Shown here in pieces: positions 13,481-27,208 of a DNA stretch of 64,000 nt (positions are counted from its first letter, which is position 1; every line of letters starts with the position of its first letter). The notes under the pieces are model-generated. The model worked only from the letters and a program-made list of their open reading frames with translations. It did no database searches and had not been told where the DNA came from. Origin of the DNA: Octopus vulgaris (Eukaryota); assembly GCA_951406725.2 (NCBI GenBank), contig OX597820.1, positions 113,522,001 through 113,586,000 of the forward strand. The letters run 5' to 3'. The translations under genes were made by a program, and so were the position numbers.

Positions 13481-14500
13481 ACAGCAATAATATAACAACC
13501 GGTTAAAGATGTGGATTAATAAATATAAACAAACTACAGATATCGGTACGCCTGTCAAACCATGATGTTTAAGAGCATGCGAATTGATCAAAAAGGTATT
13601 CTAAAAATTCAGCTGGCTGGACCGTTCTAAGAGGTGCTAAAGTTGTGAAGAACTCAACTTTCAGTTAAGCACATTGGAAATCTTATGAGTACACTATGTA
13701 AGAAAGCACTAATTTAAAATACCATAAAAAAAGACGTGACAATCATACTATGTTTTAACTTTATTCGACTAATATATATGTATATATATAACAAAAGGAT
13801 GTGTTATAATACTATTTCTCATATACAAACACAGCCATACCAACAATCTGACATACCTCCATCTTCAGCTGCCCTACGGATATCATTATGGTTTCGACAC
13901 CTGAGCAGTACCATTCAATCCGGCGGTGTCAACAGCACTAAAATGTGTTGTTTGGGAACAAACATACCAAAGAAACCACAACTTTCAAACACAAATACCC
14001 TATGTACAACAGTATCGGTAAATAAATTCAGTAAGTAATTTATAACCAACTCCTAAATACGTAACTAAACAGCAACCAAAACTTTAAGTCATACAAAAAA
14101 TATTCTTTACAGTCTTCCATAGTATAATAAAAGTGAAAGCTTAATAACCACATTCATTCAATCTAAATAAAGGTAGGATTAAACACTAACTTTAAAATTA
14201 AACTACAACAACGAAACATAAATTTATGCACATCTATATCGGTATTAATAGTAAACCTACAATAACTAAATTATATAATAATAGCGACCAATTTTTAAGT
14301 CCATACAAATACTAATCCCACCAGTCTTCCATAGTTACTACTATAATAAAAGAGTGAAAGCTTTATATTCAATTCTCACCAAAACAAAACACGATTGAAT
14401 TTGATTTAACGAATAATATAATAATTGTGAAATACATAATGAGTGAAATACATTATTTCATAATTCAACAGTTTGCCCATTGCACCCTGTATATATACAT

Positions 14501-14533
<33 letters not shown>

Positions 14534-14553
14534 CACATACATACATACATACA

Positions 14554-14585
<32 letters not shown>

Positions 14586-15090
14586 AGTATCATATATATA
14601 TATGCGTGTGTTTGTGTGTGTGTGCGCGCATACATAAACTTACTTGGAAATGGATGCGTGGCGTTCAATTAAATATTAATATAAATAATATATATATATA
14701 TGCATATATGGGTACAGGACGTTACCAACTCTGTAAACAACATGAACTATGAAAACAAACAAGTTAAATTCGCAAACAACGAGAGAAAAAATGGAAAACG
14801 GGATAAGTAATACAAAGAACGACCCTTCATCAGTTGTCGGATGTCTATCAACTCCTCATTTCGAGTATTCAACGACAATATGATCTTCGAAGACAGTTTC
14901 TCTCATAAATACCAAAATAAAATTTTGGATTTATGGAGGGTCAAAGTTGGGAACAAAAACAGGACAGTGGAGACATACAAGGAAACCAAACAAAAACAAA
15001 CATGGAGGGTCGTTAGACCAGAACGAGAGGAAAATATTGACAGACATATGCATACATTCATATATATGTATGTATGTATGTGTGTGTGTG

Positions 15091-15132
<42 letters not shown>

Positions 15133-15324
15133 AACCACATTATTTATGTGACTTCACGGCAGGAGGCGCAGATGAGGGCAGCTGCATGCATCTGTCATGC
15201 ATCAGATGGCGTTTGCTAAAAAGCATCCGTGAGGTAAAACCGTGTAGCAAACCAAATGGCGGTGCTCCAGCATGGCCACAGCTCATTAGCTGAAACTGGA
15301 AAATCAAAATCAAATCAAATCAAA

Positions 15325-15359
<35 letters not shown>

Positions 15360-15365
<6 letters not shown>

Positions 15366-15858
15366 TGTACATTTAAACACATAAGAGGTATCCGTCATAG
15401 GATTCCTTTCACGCCAGAAGGAACAGCTAAAGTCCAAACCACTATTATGGATAAAAACTCGAAGGGAATGAAAAATAAAAACATTCACCATCTATCTCCT
15501 GGACCATGGTTTCTGACTATTTTTTAGCAAATAAAATAATTTACTAGGCGACGTCTTCATCAACAGGTACGCCTAGATTAAACATATAAGTACGAGATAA
15601 ATGTAGCATGTGCCTTTTGTTTATACATTATAATTTTACAAACCCACTGCGCAAGTGCAGTTTTTGTCGGCAGCGAAAAGATACCGACATTTCTTCGAAC
15701 AATTTTCCAGAATAAATTATCAATAATTAATAATATCAGGGTAATAATGATTTTAGAAATTTTTACTGCCTGTAAAAATAGTCAATAGTCTATATATTAT
15801 TCATTTAAATACAGTGTACATTTAAACACCTAAGAGGTATCCGTCATAGGGTTCCTTC
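15360..15858 (-). mobile_element. Terminally redundant ~449-bp non-coding unit containing a hammerhead motif (retrozyme/pLTR-like)
   Basis: ~47-bp direct repeat (tacagtgtacatttaaacac...ccgtcatagg) at 15361 and 15810; next to (TA)n. Confidence 0.6.
15498..15567 (-). ncRNA. Type-I hammerhead motif with a C3U substitution
   Basis: Minus strand: cctg TTGATGA a GAC...GTC a GAAAC CATG GTC cagg; stem I cctg/cagg, palindromic ACCATGGT stem III, GUC site. Confidence 0.65.
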
Positions 15859-16022
15859 ATACAATAGAGCACTCAATGTAAATTCAGTATATAATATTCT
15901 CATTGATTATATTTAACTAAAGTTTTATGTATACATGTGTGTGTGTGTGTGCGTGTGTGTGTGTGTGTGTGTGCGTGTGCGTGTGTATATGTATGTATAT
16001 ATATATGTGTGTGTGTATATAT

Positions 16023-16059
<37 letters not shown>

Positions 16060-16116
16060 ATTAGTGATTGGAAGAAATGGAGTTGAACGAAGATTGCACA
16101 GAATTCCTTTTATTAC

Positions 16117-16198
16117 ATTCTACACATGTTTCAAAGGCCACAATTTTCCAAATTCTGATTAAATAAGGATACCATATTGCAGCTTTCTCTTCAGGAAA
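16117..16198 (-). ncRNA. Type-I hammerhead motif with extended stem II
   Basis: Minus strand: ttc CTGAAGA g aaagctgcaat...attgtggccttt GAAAC atgt GTA gaa; stem I ttc/gaa, ~11-bp stem II. Confidence 0.7.
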
Positions 16199-16203
16199 AA
16201 CCT

Positions 16204-16276
<73 letters not shown>

Positions 16277-17209
16277 TAAAGAAATAACTAAATAGATTGC
16301 ATGGGTATAGACATTATTGATGCTAGGATGAAATCTCTCTCCCCAACTTTACCATAACTGTTACACCGTTATTTCTACCCCAACCTCAGCCGCCAGTAGC
16401 AGTTTATGGAGTTCGAGGTCGAAATCTTTTACAATTTCCAATTGTTTTGGAATTGTCAAGAAAATTTCAATCAGTCTCAAAGACCAAAAGTTATCTCTTA
16501 TACGCGTTAGCTTTATTTAAATTAACTAATTTAGATAGCCAAAGTACTCTAAACTAAATTAATTTTATCTAAAACTTTTTAGATGTATGTACATTCATCC
16601 AGCATTGTACAAAATCGGATTTCTATGCTAATCCGGTTTTTAAATGATTTATCAAATTCAGTTTTCTCTTTTCCATTGAAGTTTTTTTTATCATTTTGCT
16701 AACAGAATGTCCTGTTGTTGGAAGGAACTTATTATATTTGGTTTCAGCCATGATTCCTTGAATAAACTTGCCTCAGGCAATGGAATTAAATCTAAAATCA
16801 TCAAGAGCAACAAGTTATTTTTTCTTGCTTTTTGTCTTTTTTTATGTTCTTTTGTGTTGTTTTCGTTCTTCATTTTTTTCAGTTTTTATTTCAGTAGATT
16901 TTGAAATAAGAAGATGAACTCAGGGATTTTGTGTCTTTTTGCTTCTCATTCTTAAAGATTAATTCTTATCTTCATTCATAAAATCACTGATTTTTTTTTT
17001 ATTTTTGATGTTATTAAGTCAGCTAACTGTTCAGGAGTTGAATCACCATAACATTTTAGTCTTTTTTATACTTTTATCAATCTTAAAGCTTAATCTTTAG
17101 TCTTATATTTTATGAACTGCTGTTAACTACACTAATAGTCACCTACAAATGATTTGGATTCTTTTATTTTCACTTTCACAAATTTTATCATTTTTCACAG
17201 ACTCATTAG

Positions 17210-17400
17210 AGCATCGGAAAAAATATAAATGCTTTGCAGTATCTCTTCCTGCTGTTTACGTTCTGAGTTCAAATTCTGTCGAAATTAACTTTGCCTTTCC
17301 TCCTTTCGAGGTTCGGTAATACAGGGCACCAGCCAAGCACTATATTCGATTTAACAAACTACACATCCTCATCATTCCAAATTTCCGACCTTGTGTCAAT
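17210..17400 (+). mobile_element. Diverged copy of SINE family A
   Basis: cgttctgagttcaaattctgtcgaaattaactttgccttt matches the family-A core at 32633. Confidence 0.7.
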
Positions 17401-17407
17401 TATATTA

Positions 17408-18192
17408 AGCAGTTAATTGTGGCTACTAATTAACTGAAATATATAGGTAAATACTTTAGGCAAATATTTTTAATTTACCCGCAAAAAAGAAAATTACGAC
17501 AGAACATCAAAGCACTACAAGACTTTAATCTTTTTCCCATACTTAATATTTAGTCTCATATTTTATGAACTACTCTTAACTGGACAAACAGTTGAATCAC
17601 CACAATACTTTAATAATTTCTTTAATCTTTAATCACCCACTTTCGTCTTTAGTCTCTTCTGTTCTTCTAAAGTAATTCCAAGCATTTGACATGTTTGACA
17701 TAATATGAAAAGGAGGATATGTTTACTTCATACAATTAATTTATTAATGTTTTATAAAATAAAAAATATTAAAAAATTATTATTCAAATTTAATGCTTTA
17801 TCTAATACTGCATTGGTGGAGAAAGCAGGTAATATTATAAAGCTATATCAATATTAATATTAAAAATATTAACAAAATGCAATCCACTTTTTATTATGCT
17901 TAGTTTGGAATATATTACATTAAAATTGGTTTGTAATTATAAAAAATATGTTAATTAAAAGTTAACGTTATGCATGACTCACCGAATTAGTCCAACAGCC
18001 TTAGGACACATTGGAGAATTAAACGTGTCGTGAGCTGGAAACGTCTTCTGGAACTGTAATGGTGTGCCAATTGTATGAAGTAGTTAATTGTAGCTACTAA
18101 TTAACTGAAATATTAAAGTAAATATTTTAGGCAAATATTTAAAATCTACAAGTGGAAAAGAAAATTACGACAGAACATCAGACGCTATAAAG
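17408..18192 (+). repeat. Dispersed ~110-bp direct repeat (17408-17522 and 18079-18192)
   Basis: agttaattgt(g/a)gctactaattaactgaaatat...gaaaattacgacagaacatca is present twice. Confidence 0.8.
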
Positions 18193-19051
18193 GTGGCTGT
18201 CGAGTTAATCACGATAGCAATGGATCAATGAGAGATAAATAAAACAATATTTGTGATGCGTTAATTGAGATATTAACGGATCTGCGAAAGAGAAATTAAA
18301 CAATATTGGTGACAAGACCGCAGATTAATGAAGGTATTAATGACAGAAGAATAACAAAGTCATTATGATGAACAGATATAGGACATTAAGGATGTAACTC
18401 TGAAAAAGAACAAGAATATTGATAACTAATATCTTTTCGGTAAGTTTATTATTGTTTGTGTCATACACAACGAACGACAGACAACATTGAGGTAACTACT
18501 GTCAGGTTGATTATTAACGGCAAGAGAAACGACAAATGATTAATATGACTGGTCATTAATCTGACTTAATAACATGAAGTTTGTGCTTCTAAGTGAAAGA
18601 TAAAACAACACAAAAGAACTGTAGATTTTATTAGAGTTAAAGATTACTATAGAGAATAGCAACTTTGATATAATACAGAAACAACGACGTAATTGAATAA
18701 ACAGTGAAAACTATGAGGAACGCTAACATAAAACAGTTATTTACGAACGTTTATTTACTTGTGAATTATTATAAACTTATCTCAGCGTCATTTTGTAGCC
18801 GGAAAACTGAAACAACTGTCTGAAAGGTGATTCAATTTTTATAGCTTGAAAGAAAAAAAAATCGTTACGGTTTTTTTTTTATTGAACATAATGGCGATGC
18901 CTCATAATGATCCGGTTGAGAGAAGTAATATTAAAAGTGTAAACTGTGTTATACAATGATGTTTATGTATATATATATATATTGTTAGTATATATAAATA
19001 TATATATATATATATAAAAATAAATATATTTATATATAAATATATAAATAA

Positions 19052-19083
<32 letters not shown>

Positions 19084-19207
19084 AATATATAAATATATAT
19101 ATATAAATAAATATATATATATATGTGTACAAATAAATATATATATATGTATAAATAAATATATATATGTATAAATAAATAAATATATATATGTATAAAT
19201 AAATATA

Positions 19208-19244
<37 letters not shown>

Positions 19245-19479
19245 GCAAAATGATAAATAAAACATATGCATATATACATACATATATGTACGTACCTACA
19301 TCTATATGCATATATACATACATATATGGGTACAGGACACCAAAAAAACATCGAACACAATGAGAAACGAAAACATAAAAACAAAAACAAGGAAATGGAC
19401 ATTTTTTTAAACAACGAAAAACCAGAGTAAAAGACATACAACACAAAGAAAATTCCCCTTCTTCAGCCGCCTCTGTTTC

Positions 19480-19526
<47 letters not shown>

Positions 19527-19679
19527 AATCCGATAGAGTTGTAATTCTTTGTGAAGAGGTTTTGGAGGAAGTATATCTAAACGGAAAGTCACAAAGTCTG
19601 TGTGTGTGTGTGTATGTGCATGTGTGTGTGTGTGTGCATATATGTGTGTGATTGTGTGTGTATATATGTGTGCGTGTAT

Positions 19680-19920
19680 CACGTGATCAATATTGCTATA
19701 TGTTGCCCGTCACAATGAGCATTGCATCGTTTTAGGGTCTCAAATGATGCCACCCTGCTGGCTACGTGAGCAGGCTAACGTTCATCCTGATCGGAAGGCT
19801 AACCCGTCGCGAGGGTTACGCATTTACAGCGGAGTGGACAGGAGCAACGTGAAATGGAGTGTTTTGCTGAAAAGCATAACGCGCCGCTCGGTCCAGGAAT
19901 CGAACCCACGATCTTGCGAC
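19680..19920 (-). mobile_element. tRNA-derived SINE fragment (B box plus core-like segment)
   Basis: Minus strand: gtcgcaagatcgtgggttcgattcctgg...agcaaaacactccatttcacgttgctcctgtccactc. Confidence 0.6.
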
Positions 19921-20003
19921 GTGTGTGTGTGTGTATGTGTGTGTGCTTATGTGTGTGTGTGCTTATGTGTGTGTGTGCTTATGTGTGTATGTGCTTGTGT
20001 TTG

Positions 20004-20075
<72 letters not shown>

Positions 20076-20330
20076 CTTATGTGTGTGCACGTGCGAGAAA
20101 GTATAATCCACCGCCGCACCGCTGCCCTTTCAAAATGCCTGGGGTGAACTGAAGCTATAGCAACGGATAATTGCCCAAGGTGGCATACAGGGAGATCGAA
20201 ACTTGAATCGACTTAAACAATTAATTTTGCTACTTTGATAACATGTATGTGCGTATGCGTGTGCGTGAGTGTATGTATGTGAACATGTACATCTATATCT
20301 ATTGTATATCTATGAATCTATCTATGTATA

Positions 20331-20382
<52 letters not shown>

Positions 20383-20464
20383 ACACATACACACACATAT
20401 ATTTATTTGTCGTGCAATATATGGATTCATAGAATCACCTATCACAGTTTATGCTGTTTCTCTG

Positions 20465-20497
<33 letters not shown>

Positions 20498-21429
20498 ATG
20501 TGTATGTGTGTGAAGACAGGAGAGAAGAGAAGAGAAGAGAAGAGAAAGGAGAACAATCTAACGGCCTAACTTGAACTATGAACAAAAAAAAAGATAGCAA
20601 TTTATTTCAAAATGGCTGGAAATTAAATGTTTTCGAGCCATAAGTTCAGATTTATTGGGTCTTCTGTTTATCACAGTTGGTTTGGATGATTACGATGGCA
20701 TTTCCTATATGGCAATCATTCATTCTTGCTCCCCTAATTAAATTAGTATTACAGCCTCTAATCTTCGAGTTACAGAGTTAAAGTAAAAGCGAGAAGAATA
20801 AAATAATACTAAAAATCAATAGTCCCGGTTGATGCAGGCATAAACATGCACCTATGGCTGATTAGATACACATATGTACACACCCAAATGCATTTAGATA
20901 AATTCCCACATCATCGTGAAATTAATTTTATTGGTGAAACAAAGATGAATGATTTCAAAACATGAAAACTAGCACTAATGACGAAAGGGGTAAAAATGAG
21001 GCCTCTATACGTCACTTGACGTGCTATAACCAGCAGCCAGATCTTTCGCAATTCTTACACTACCAGTTTAAAAGTTGGAATATATTGTATAAAATAGCTT
21101 ATCAGATAAGAATGTAGTATACGTAAGACAAAAGAAATACAACTACAACAAAATAGAACGTGTTAAACATAAGACAAAGAATTATCGATTGATAAAAAAA
21201 AAAGAACACAGTAAACAAAAGACAAATGAAATATAAATACATCAGTAAATATTATAAAAACACTGTTATTGAACAGCATCATTACTAAGTAAGAGATTCC
21301 GACCTAAATCGGATGAGATCTTTATAATCTCATCACATATTGTATCGCTGGTTATTTTCTGATTAAATAACAGAAAAATTCGAGAAAAAAATATACAAGT
21401 CCGAAATATATTAAAGAAAAATGGAGAGA

Positions 21430-21990
21430 ACTATTATGCAACAAGTTATCTGCGAGAAACAAGAATGATAAAGTCAACAATAGCTCAAAAGTTCTGGGCT
21501 GATAATAGAAACAGAACGTTCTTATTCGTAGACAATCACAAAAAAAATTCTATGAACAAACCAATGAAGCCAGAGGCTAAAACCATGTGTAGATTTCATA
21601 ATCAGCACATTAAAATGACTGACTACATTATTTCTCCTTCGCTGGTCCTTGTAAATTTAAAATATGTCTATTGGGTAACAGGCCGACATTTCGACATTGG
21701 AACTAAGAAATTGTATATGTACGAATTACAGTATATGACAAAGATCTGACTACAATCCTCGGGAACGTGCTTGACAAGGCTGACAAGAAGCTCTACTAGA
21801 AGCGTCCAGCTATAATTATCTTACGAATGACTGCAATAAGAATAGCTACTCACTTCTTAGCAAAACATCGATCGGAAGGAAGTTGAGAAACTATCAAAGT
21901 ACAAGGATCTTGAAATAAAAATAAATATAATATGGGACATGAAGTAATACTAATAATAACTGGAATATGAGACATAGTAAACAACGAACA
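21430..21990 (+). mobile_element. Old degenerate R4/Dong-type LINE C-terminal fragment
   Basis: RKEVEKLSKYKDLEIKINIIWDM near 21872-21945 parallels KEMEKLSKYKDLEIEVTRMWNL at 49726. Confidence 0.6.
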
Positions 21991-22129
21991 AATATCATTC
22001 AGCGGAATTTTCGCCAGTGGGCAGAAAATTACCCGAAACAGTTTCATGAAAGATCTCTACATAGTAAATGGGTTACTCTGTGATGTGCTGTTTCAAATTT
22101 TGGCGTTTGTAGGAGGGGGGAACACTTTT

Positions 22130-22655
22130 GTGGGGAGGAAAGCCAAGTGGTTACTGTAACATCCAATCGGTATACGGAGGGGCTGTGGAACATTCTGTAG
22201 CTAAAACTCTCAGTATTTGGAAATTCAGATGTGTGGTTTCAACAGGATCGGGCCATCGCTCACATTGCGAGGATGTCAATGGAAGCTTTGAGAGACACCT
22301 AATTTCCTTCCACGGTGACGACACTAGATGACCTCCACGGCCACTCGATCTTGCCCCCTGTAATTACCTGAAAACTGAAATCTGTAAACATCAACCAACA
22401 ACTATTGACGAATTAAAGACTGCTATATGCCAAACAATTTCAGGAATACTACCGGAAAGGATTCGCCGAGTGAAGTAAAAACTACACAAATCATCAAAAA
22501 TACTTTGCGATAGGACGCCACCATTTGGAGGATATCATTTTCAAGATCAAATGGAATAAACGTTATCAAAATATATTTTGATTATCATACGTTGGTCTTT
22601 CTATCAACCTGAAAATGTGGGAGGTTTTTCGATCGTATCTTGCGTACACCTGATT
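22130..22655 (+). mobile_element. Degenerate Tc1/mariner-superfamily transposase 3' remnant
   Basis: LISFHGDDTR*PPRPLDLAPCNY resembles WPPRSPDL-x-P-x-D; followed by a TIDELK-like segment. Confidence 0.55.
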
Positions 22656-23489
22656 TTACAACTCCACGTACAATTTAAAAATAAAACTGCTATGTTTCTT
22701 ATTCTATGCAAGACACATGCAACTCAAGAGCACAGTTCATGTGATGTATTTTCTGTCAAACTGACGCATCATACACTCTATACGGTTGTCGCCCAGTAAC
22801 ATTACATAACCCACACAGACAATTACTACACAGCACAATAAATAATACAGCACTTAACTCTCTTATATATAAGGCTTTTGGAATGTGTGAGCATTTTGTA
22901 AACAAACTTATATGCGCTTCGTGTATCGGTATTCTACATAAATGAGACACAATCACTACACAATACATAAAAATATTACAACACTTAATTCCCTTTTATA
23001 TTCCACTCTACCACGCCACCAACAATTCACACAACACATACTTTATACACTTACCACCGGATAACATCCCATTCATTACACAATACGCACTTTAGACCAT
23101 CACCAGACTTTATAAAATAACAATTAACTCTTATATATTCGACACCCGACACTATAACACATCTCACACACCACCAACAATAACTCACAAAAAAAACTCT
23201 CTACAATTGTTAATCCACACAGCACTTATTCAACTCAGCCACCACACAACACTTATTCAACTCAGCCACCACACAACACTAAAACACAACACACAAATAT
23301 CACAACACTTACAATCGCCATTATCTAACCGAATATCGCATTAACACATTTTCGACACAACAAACGGCTGAAACAACAAAGCAAATGCCAATACGAAGCA
23401 AGCGCAATCTGATGTCCCTCAAACTTGCTGCGTAAAATTTGCATGAAGCTGTTGAAAGTCTGGTGATGATGGTGATGATGATGATGGTT

Positions 23490-23625
23490 TCAATTTATGG
23501 CACAAGGCCAGCAATTTCGAGGGGGAGGGTTAGATCGATTACATCGACCCCAGTGCTCAACTGGTACTCATTTTATCGACCCCGAAAGGATGAAAAGCTA
23601 AGTCGACCTCGGCATAATTTGAACC
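23490..23625 (-). mobile_element. Partial SINE family A
   Basis: ctggtactcattttatcgacccccgaaaggatgaaaagctaagtcgacctcggc. Confidence 0.8.
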
Positions 23626-23813
23626 CCAAAATTGAGACGAACACCGATTTCTGTGTGGTAGGCTTGATAATTGCCAGGAGTTTCCTTAATATGAACCAAT
23701 TTTCCTTAATTTTCCAAGTTTCCTTAATATGAAAATTAATCCACAAATAAAGTATCTTTATCCACCAATGCAGTGTTGAGCACTCATTCTCATTGGTCGA
23801 TATTTACGTGTAA

Positions 23814-23861
<48 letters not shown>

Positions 23862-23975
23862 ACATACATACATACATTACATATATATATATGTACATAT
23901 ATACCTACCTACCAACATACATACATATATATATATATATACAAATCAAAATAAAAACATGATGCCAAGGATTCA

Positions 23976-24022
23976 GCGGTACATATGTTTCGGGCCTTTA
24001 TTAGACGGATTTCTTCAGCCGC
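23976..24022 (-). ncRNA. Hammerhead motif with the 5' strand of stem II deleted
   Basis: Minus strand: gcgg CTGAAGA aatccgtctaataaaggccc GAAAC atat GTA ccgc; lacks ~30 nt present in the right-arm copy. Confidence 0.6.
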
Positions 24023-25961
24023 GCACAATTACTACTTCAAGGACATGTATTACGTCATAAATTCTACGTTGGGGATGCAAATCTTCTCAGTCGCGTACGA
24101 AATAGTGGGGCACCAGCACAAAAACGAAGCGTCCATCCCGTCTTTCACTCAATGTAGGATGAGGAAGTTTGGATGCTGAGGTAATATAAATAATTAAATA
24201 AATATATATATAAATACACACAGACGTGAAGAAACCTGGTAATATAAATAAATAAAGATAAAGATAGAGGAGCGAGAATTAAGGACGAAAGATAAGAAAA
24301 TATAAAAAAAATAAAATAAATAAAAAATATAAATATAGAAATATAAAAAAAGAAATATAAAAAAATATTGAAAAATATAAAAATATATAAAAGGATATAA
24401 AATATAAAAATATATTTAAAAAATATAAGGATAAGGGATATAAAGTGGTAAAGAACTAACAAGGTGGTCAGAAAGATGACATATTCTGGTTGTAGAAGCC
24501 TACGGGCGTAGCGGCGGGTGTCATAAATCAACTAGAAAGTCTGGAGACCCAGTATATGGTTAATTACGGTTGTCTGGTTTGTGGCTAAACCGTTTATCTA
24601 TTTCCTCGTAAATTGCCTAGTGGTCAACATGTACATACGTACACGCATGTATACATATACTCATATACACGCATACATATACACACGTATACACATCCAC
24701 GCGTATACATACATACGTACTCTCGTGTAAAAATATATCGACAGGGGTGCGCATATACATCCTTCCCGCTACGTACGTATATCTAAGCTGCCTCTGCACA
24801 CGCACTCGTATACACACAAATACATACTCACGCGTACATATGTAAAGTCCGCCCGTCTACCCACCCACATACGTATATGCTCGCATACATAAATATCTTA
24901 ATATACACATACATACGGAAAAAGGCGCATGTAGACGCGCATACGTACGTATACACATACACGTACATGCGCACATACAGACACACTCACACACACACTC
25001 ATACACATGAGGAAGTAAATCTCTATGCTTATGGACAAAGATATGCATACACCCACACTCACGCCCACACCCACACATATGGGGGAGTGAATACCTATGC
25101 ATATACACAAAAATATGCATATATGCATATGCACAGACACAGGTATAACAAGTAGATCTATTCCCGCACACAGGCAAGATGGACCTAGATGTTCAAAATG
25201 TCTGTCTTAGAGTGGCGTGACGGTTGCAAACCATTGTACTAACATTATAAGTGGGTAGGGTAATTAGCAGGTTACAGGGGTGTACGAGTAAATCAGAAAA
25301 GAAAGAGACAAAGAAGAAATTAAGAGGCAAAGAAAAAAAAATTGAGAAGGGATAAGAACAAAAGTAAGTAAAAACAAAAGTAAAAAATAATAATAAAAAT
25401 AAAAACGAGAATCAAAGAAAATAAAAGAAAATAAGAATGCAAATTAAAAAAATTAAAAATATAAAACAAAGATAAAGATAAAATGGGGACAATAAATTGA
25501 GCACTGGATAGAATGAGTGGAGGTTACCGAATTATATCCCTTATATTTTTTTTAATATATTTTTATATTTTATATCCTTTTATATTTTTTTATATTTTTT
25601 ATATTTCTTTTTTTATATTTCTATATTTATATTTTTTATATTTCTTTTTTTATATTTCTATATTTATTTTTTTTTTTCATTTTTTTATCTTTCGTCCTTA
25701 ATTCTCGCTCCTCTATCTTTATCTCTATTTATTTATATTACCAGGTTTCTTCACGTCTGTGTGTATTTATATATTTATTTATTTATTTATTTATTTATAT
25801 TACCTCAACATCCAAACTTCCTCATCCTACATTGAGTGAAAGACGAGATGGACGCTTCGTTTTTGTGCTGGTGCCCCACTATTTCGTACGCGACTGTGAG
25901 GATTTGCATCCCCAACGTAGAATTTATGATGTAATACATGTCCTTCAAGTAGTAATTGTGC

Positions 25962-26039
25962 GCGGCTGAAGAAGGCCATAGACACACATTATGCATTGTT
26001 ATAAATCCGTCTAATAAAGGCCCGAAACATATGTACCGC
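25962..26039 (+). ncRNA. Type-I hammerhead ribozyme motif, apparently intact
   Basis: gcgg CTGAAGA a GGCC...GGCC c GAAAC atat GTA ccgc; stem I gcgg/ccgc, palindromic ACATATGT stem III. Confidence 0.78.
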
Positions 26040-26146
26040 TGAATCCTTGCCATCATGTTTTTATTTTGATTAATATACTCTACCACCTACACCACCAAAT
26101 GGTATATACAGGTGCTTACAATTATCAAGTATTCACTCTGAATTTG

Positions 26147-26176
26147 TATATATATACACATACATGCATAAACACG

Positions 26177-26220
<44 letters not shown>

Positions 26221-26461
26221 CCTATATACATATATATATACACACACACACATACATACATATATATATACACACACACATACATACATACATATATATA
26301 TATATACACACACATACATACATATATATATATATACACACACATACATACATACATATATATATATATACACACACATACACACATATATATATACACA
26401 CACATACATACATATATATATATATACACACATACATACATACATACATATATATACACAC

Positions 26462-26492
<31 letters not shown>

Positions 26493-26592
26493 TACACACA
26501 CATACATACATACATATATATATACACAGACATACATACATATATATATACACACACATACATACATACATATATATATACACACACATACA

Positions 26593-26668
<76 letters not shown>
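26147..26668. repeat. Compound (TA)/(CA)/(CATA) array
   Basis: Direct reading. Confidence 0.95.
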
Positions 26669-26669
<1 letters not shown>

Positions 26670-26755
26670 TGATAAAACGGTAAGATAACAAAAGAAAGAA
26701 AGAGACCTCAATATTATGTAAATAGAGGAAATTTATCTATACAATACAATAGCCA

Positions 26756-26816
26756 GATAACCGAAGAGATGGTGTTGTGGATTTCCACTTCGGCATCTGA
26801 AACTCAGAGTTTTATC
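26756..26816 (+). ncRNA. Hammerhead motif with a U4C core variant; homologue of the 31721 motif
   Basis: gataa CCGAAGA GATG...CATC t GAAAC TC a GA GTT ttatc; stem I gataa/ttatc. Confidence 0.6.
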
Positions 26817-27060
26817 TTGACTACCGAGTAATGTAACATATTGTATAGATATATATATATGTATATATATATATAAAGAGAGAGCGAGAGAGAGAGACAG
26901 TAAAGCTTATTTGCTTATTAAAGTGGTAGTCCTGATTAGGACGAATTTTACTGTTATTTAGCCCCAGGAAAGCATCGTCTCCAGCTGGCTGTCGGCACAC
27001 TAACTGCGTCCTTATATTTTCGAATAAGGGAACTAGTGTCCCCACTCAGCTCAAAGCAAT

Positions 27061-27107
27061 ATCTGTGTACCAATGGTTTCTAAGTTATTTCTCTTCATCA
27101 GTACAGA
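27061..27107 (-). ncRNA. Hammerhead motif, inverted partner of the 27965 copy
   Basis: Minus strand: ctgta CTGATGA agagaaataactta GAAAC CATTG GTA cacag. Confidence 0.6.
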
Positions 27108-27208
27108 ATAATCACTTGACTAGAGATGGCGACACTAGTTCTTGTTCGAAGTATATACTTTTCAATGTGACACACAGATTCTGATCTCATAAATAGAAAA
27201 ACTATTAC

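Larger units (their letters stand above)
23944..26070. repeat. Long inverted repeat (arms ~23944-24442 and ~25532-26070, ~1.1-kb spacer), each arm carrying a hammerhead motif
   Basis: Near-identical reverse-complement arms; ORFs 23985+ and 25805- encode the same spurious peptide; both outer ends are near (TA)n. Confidence 0.93.

Noticed and set aside
13880-13940. gacacc/ggtgtc stem followed by GAAAC on the minus strand
   Set aside because: Core reads CTGTTGA overlapping the stem, with no clear stem I
14820-14900. Minus-strand ctgtc-TTCGAAGA...GAAATGAGGAGTT-gatag plus a lone CTGATGA (related piece at 19455-19482)
   Set aside because: Stem I pairs but the core and stem III are non-canonical; needs a family consensus
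23985-24179. Duplicated small ORFs (23985+/25805-; also 29465-/30036-)
   Set aside because: The identity reflects the DNA repeats, and the peptides have no recognisable motif
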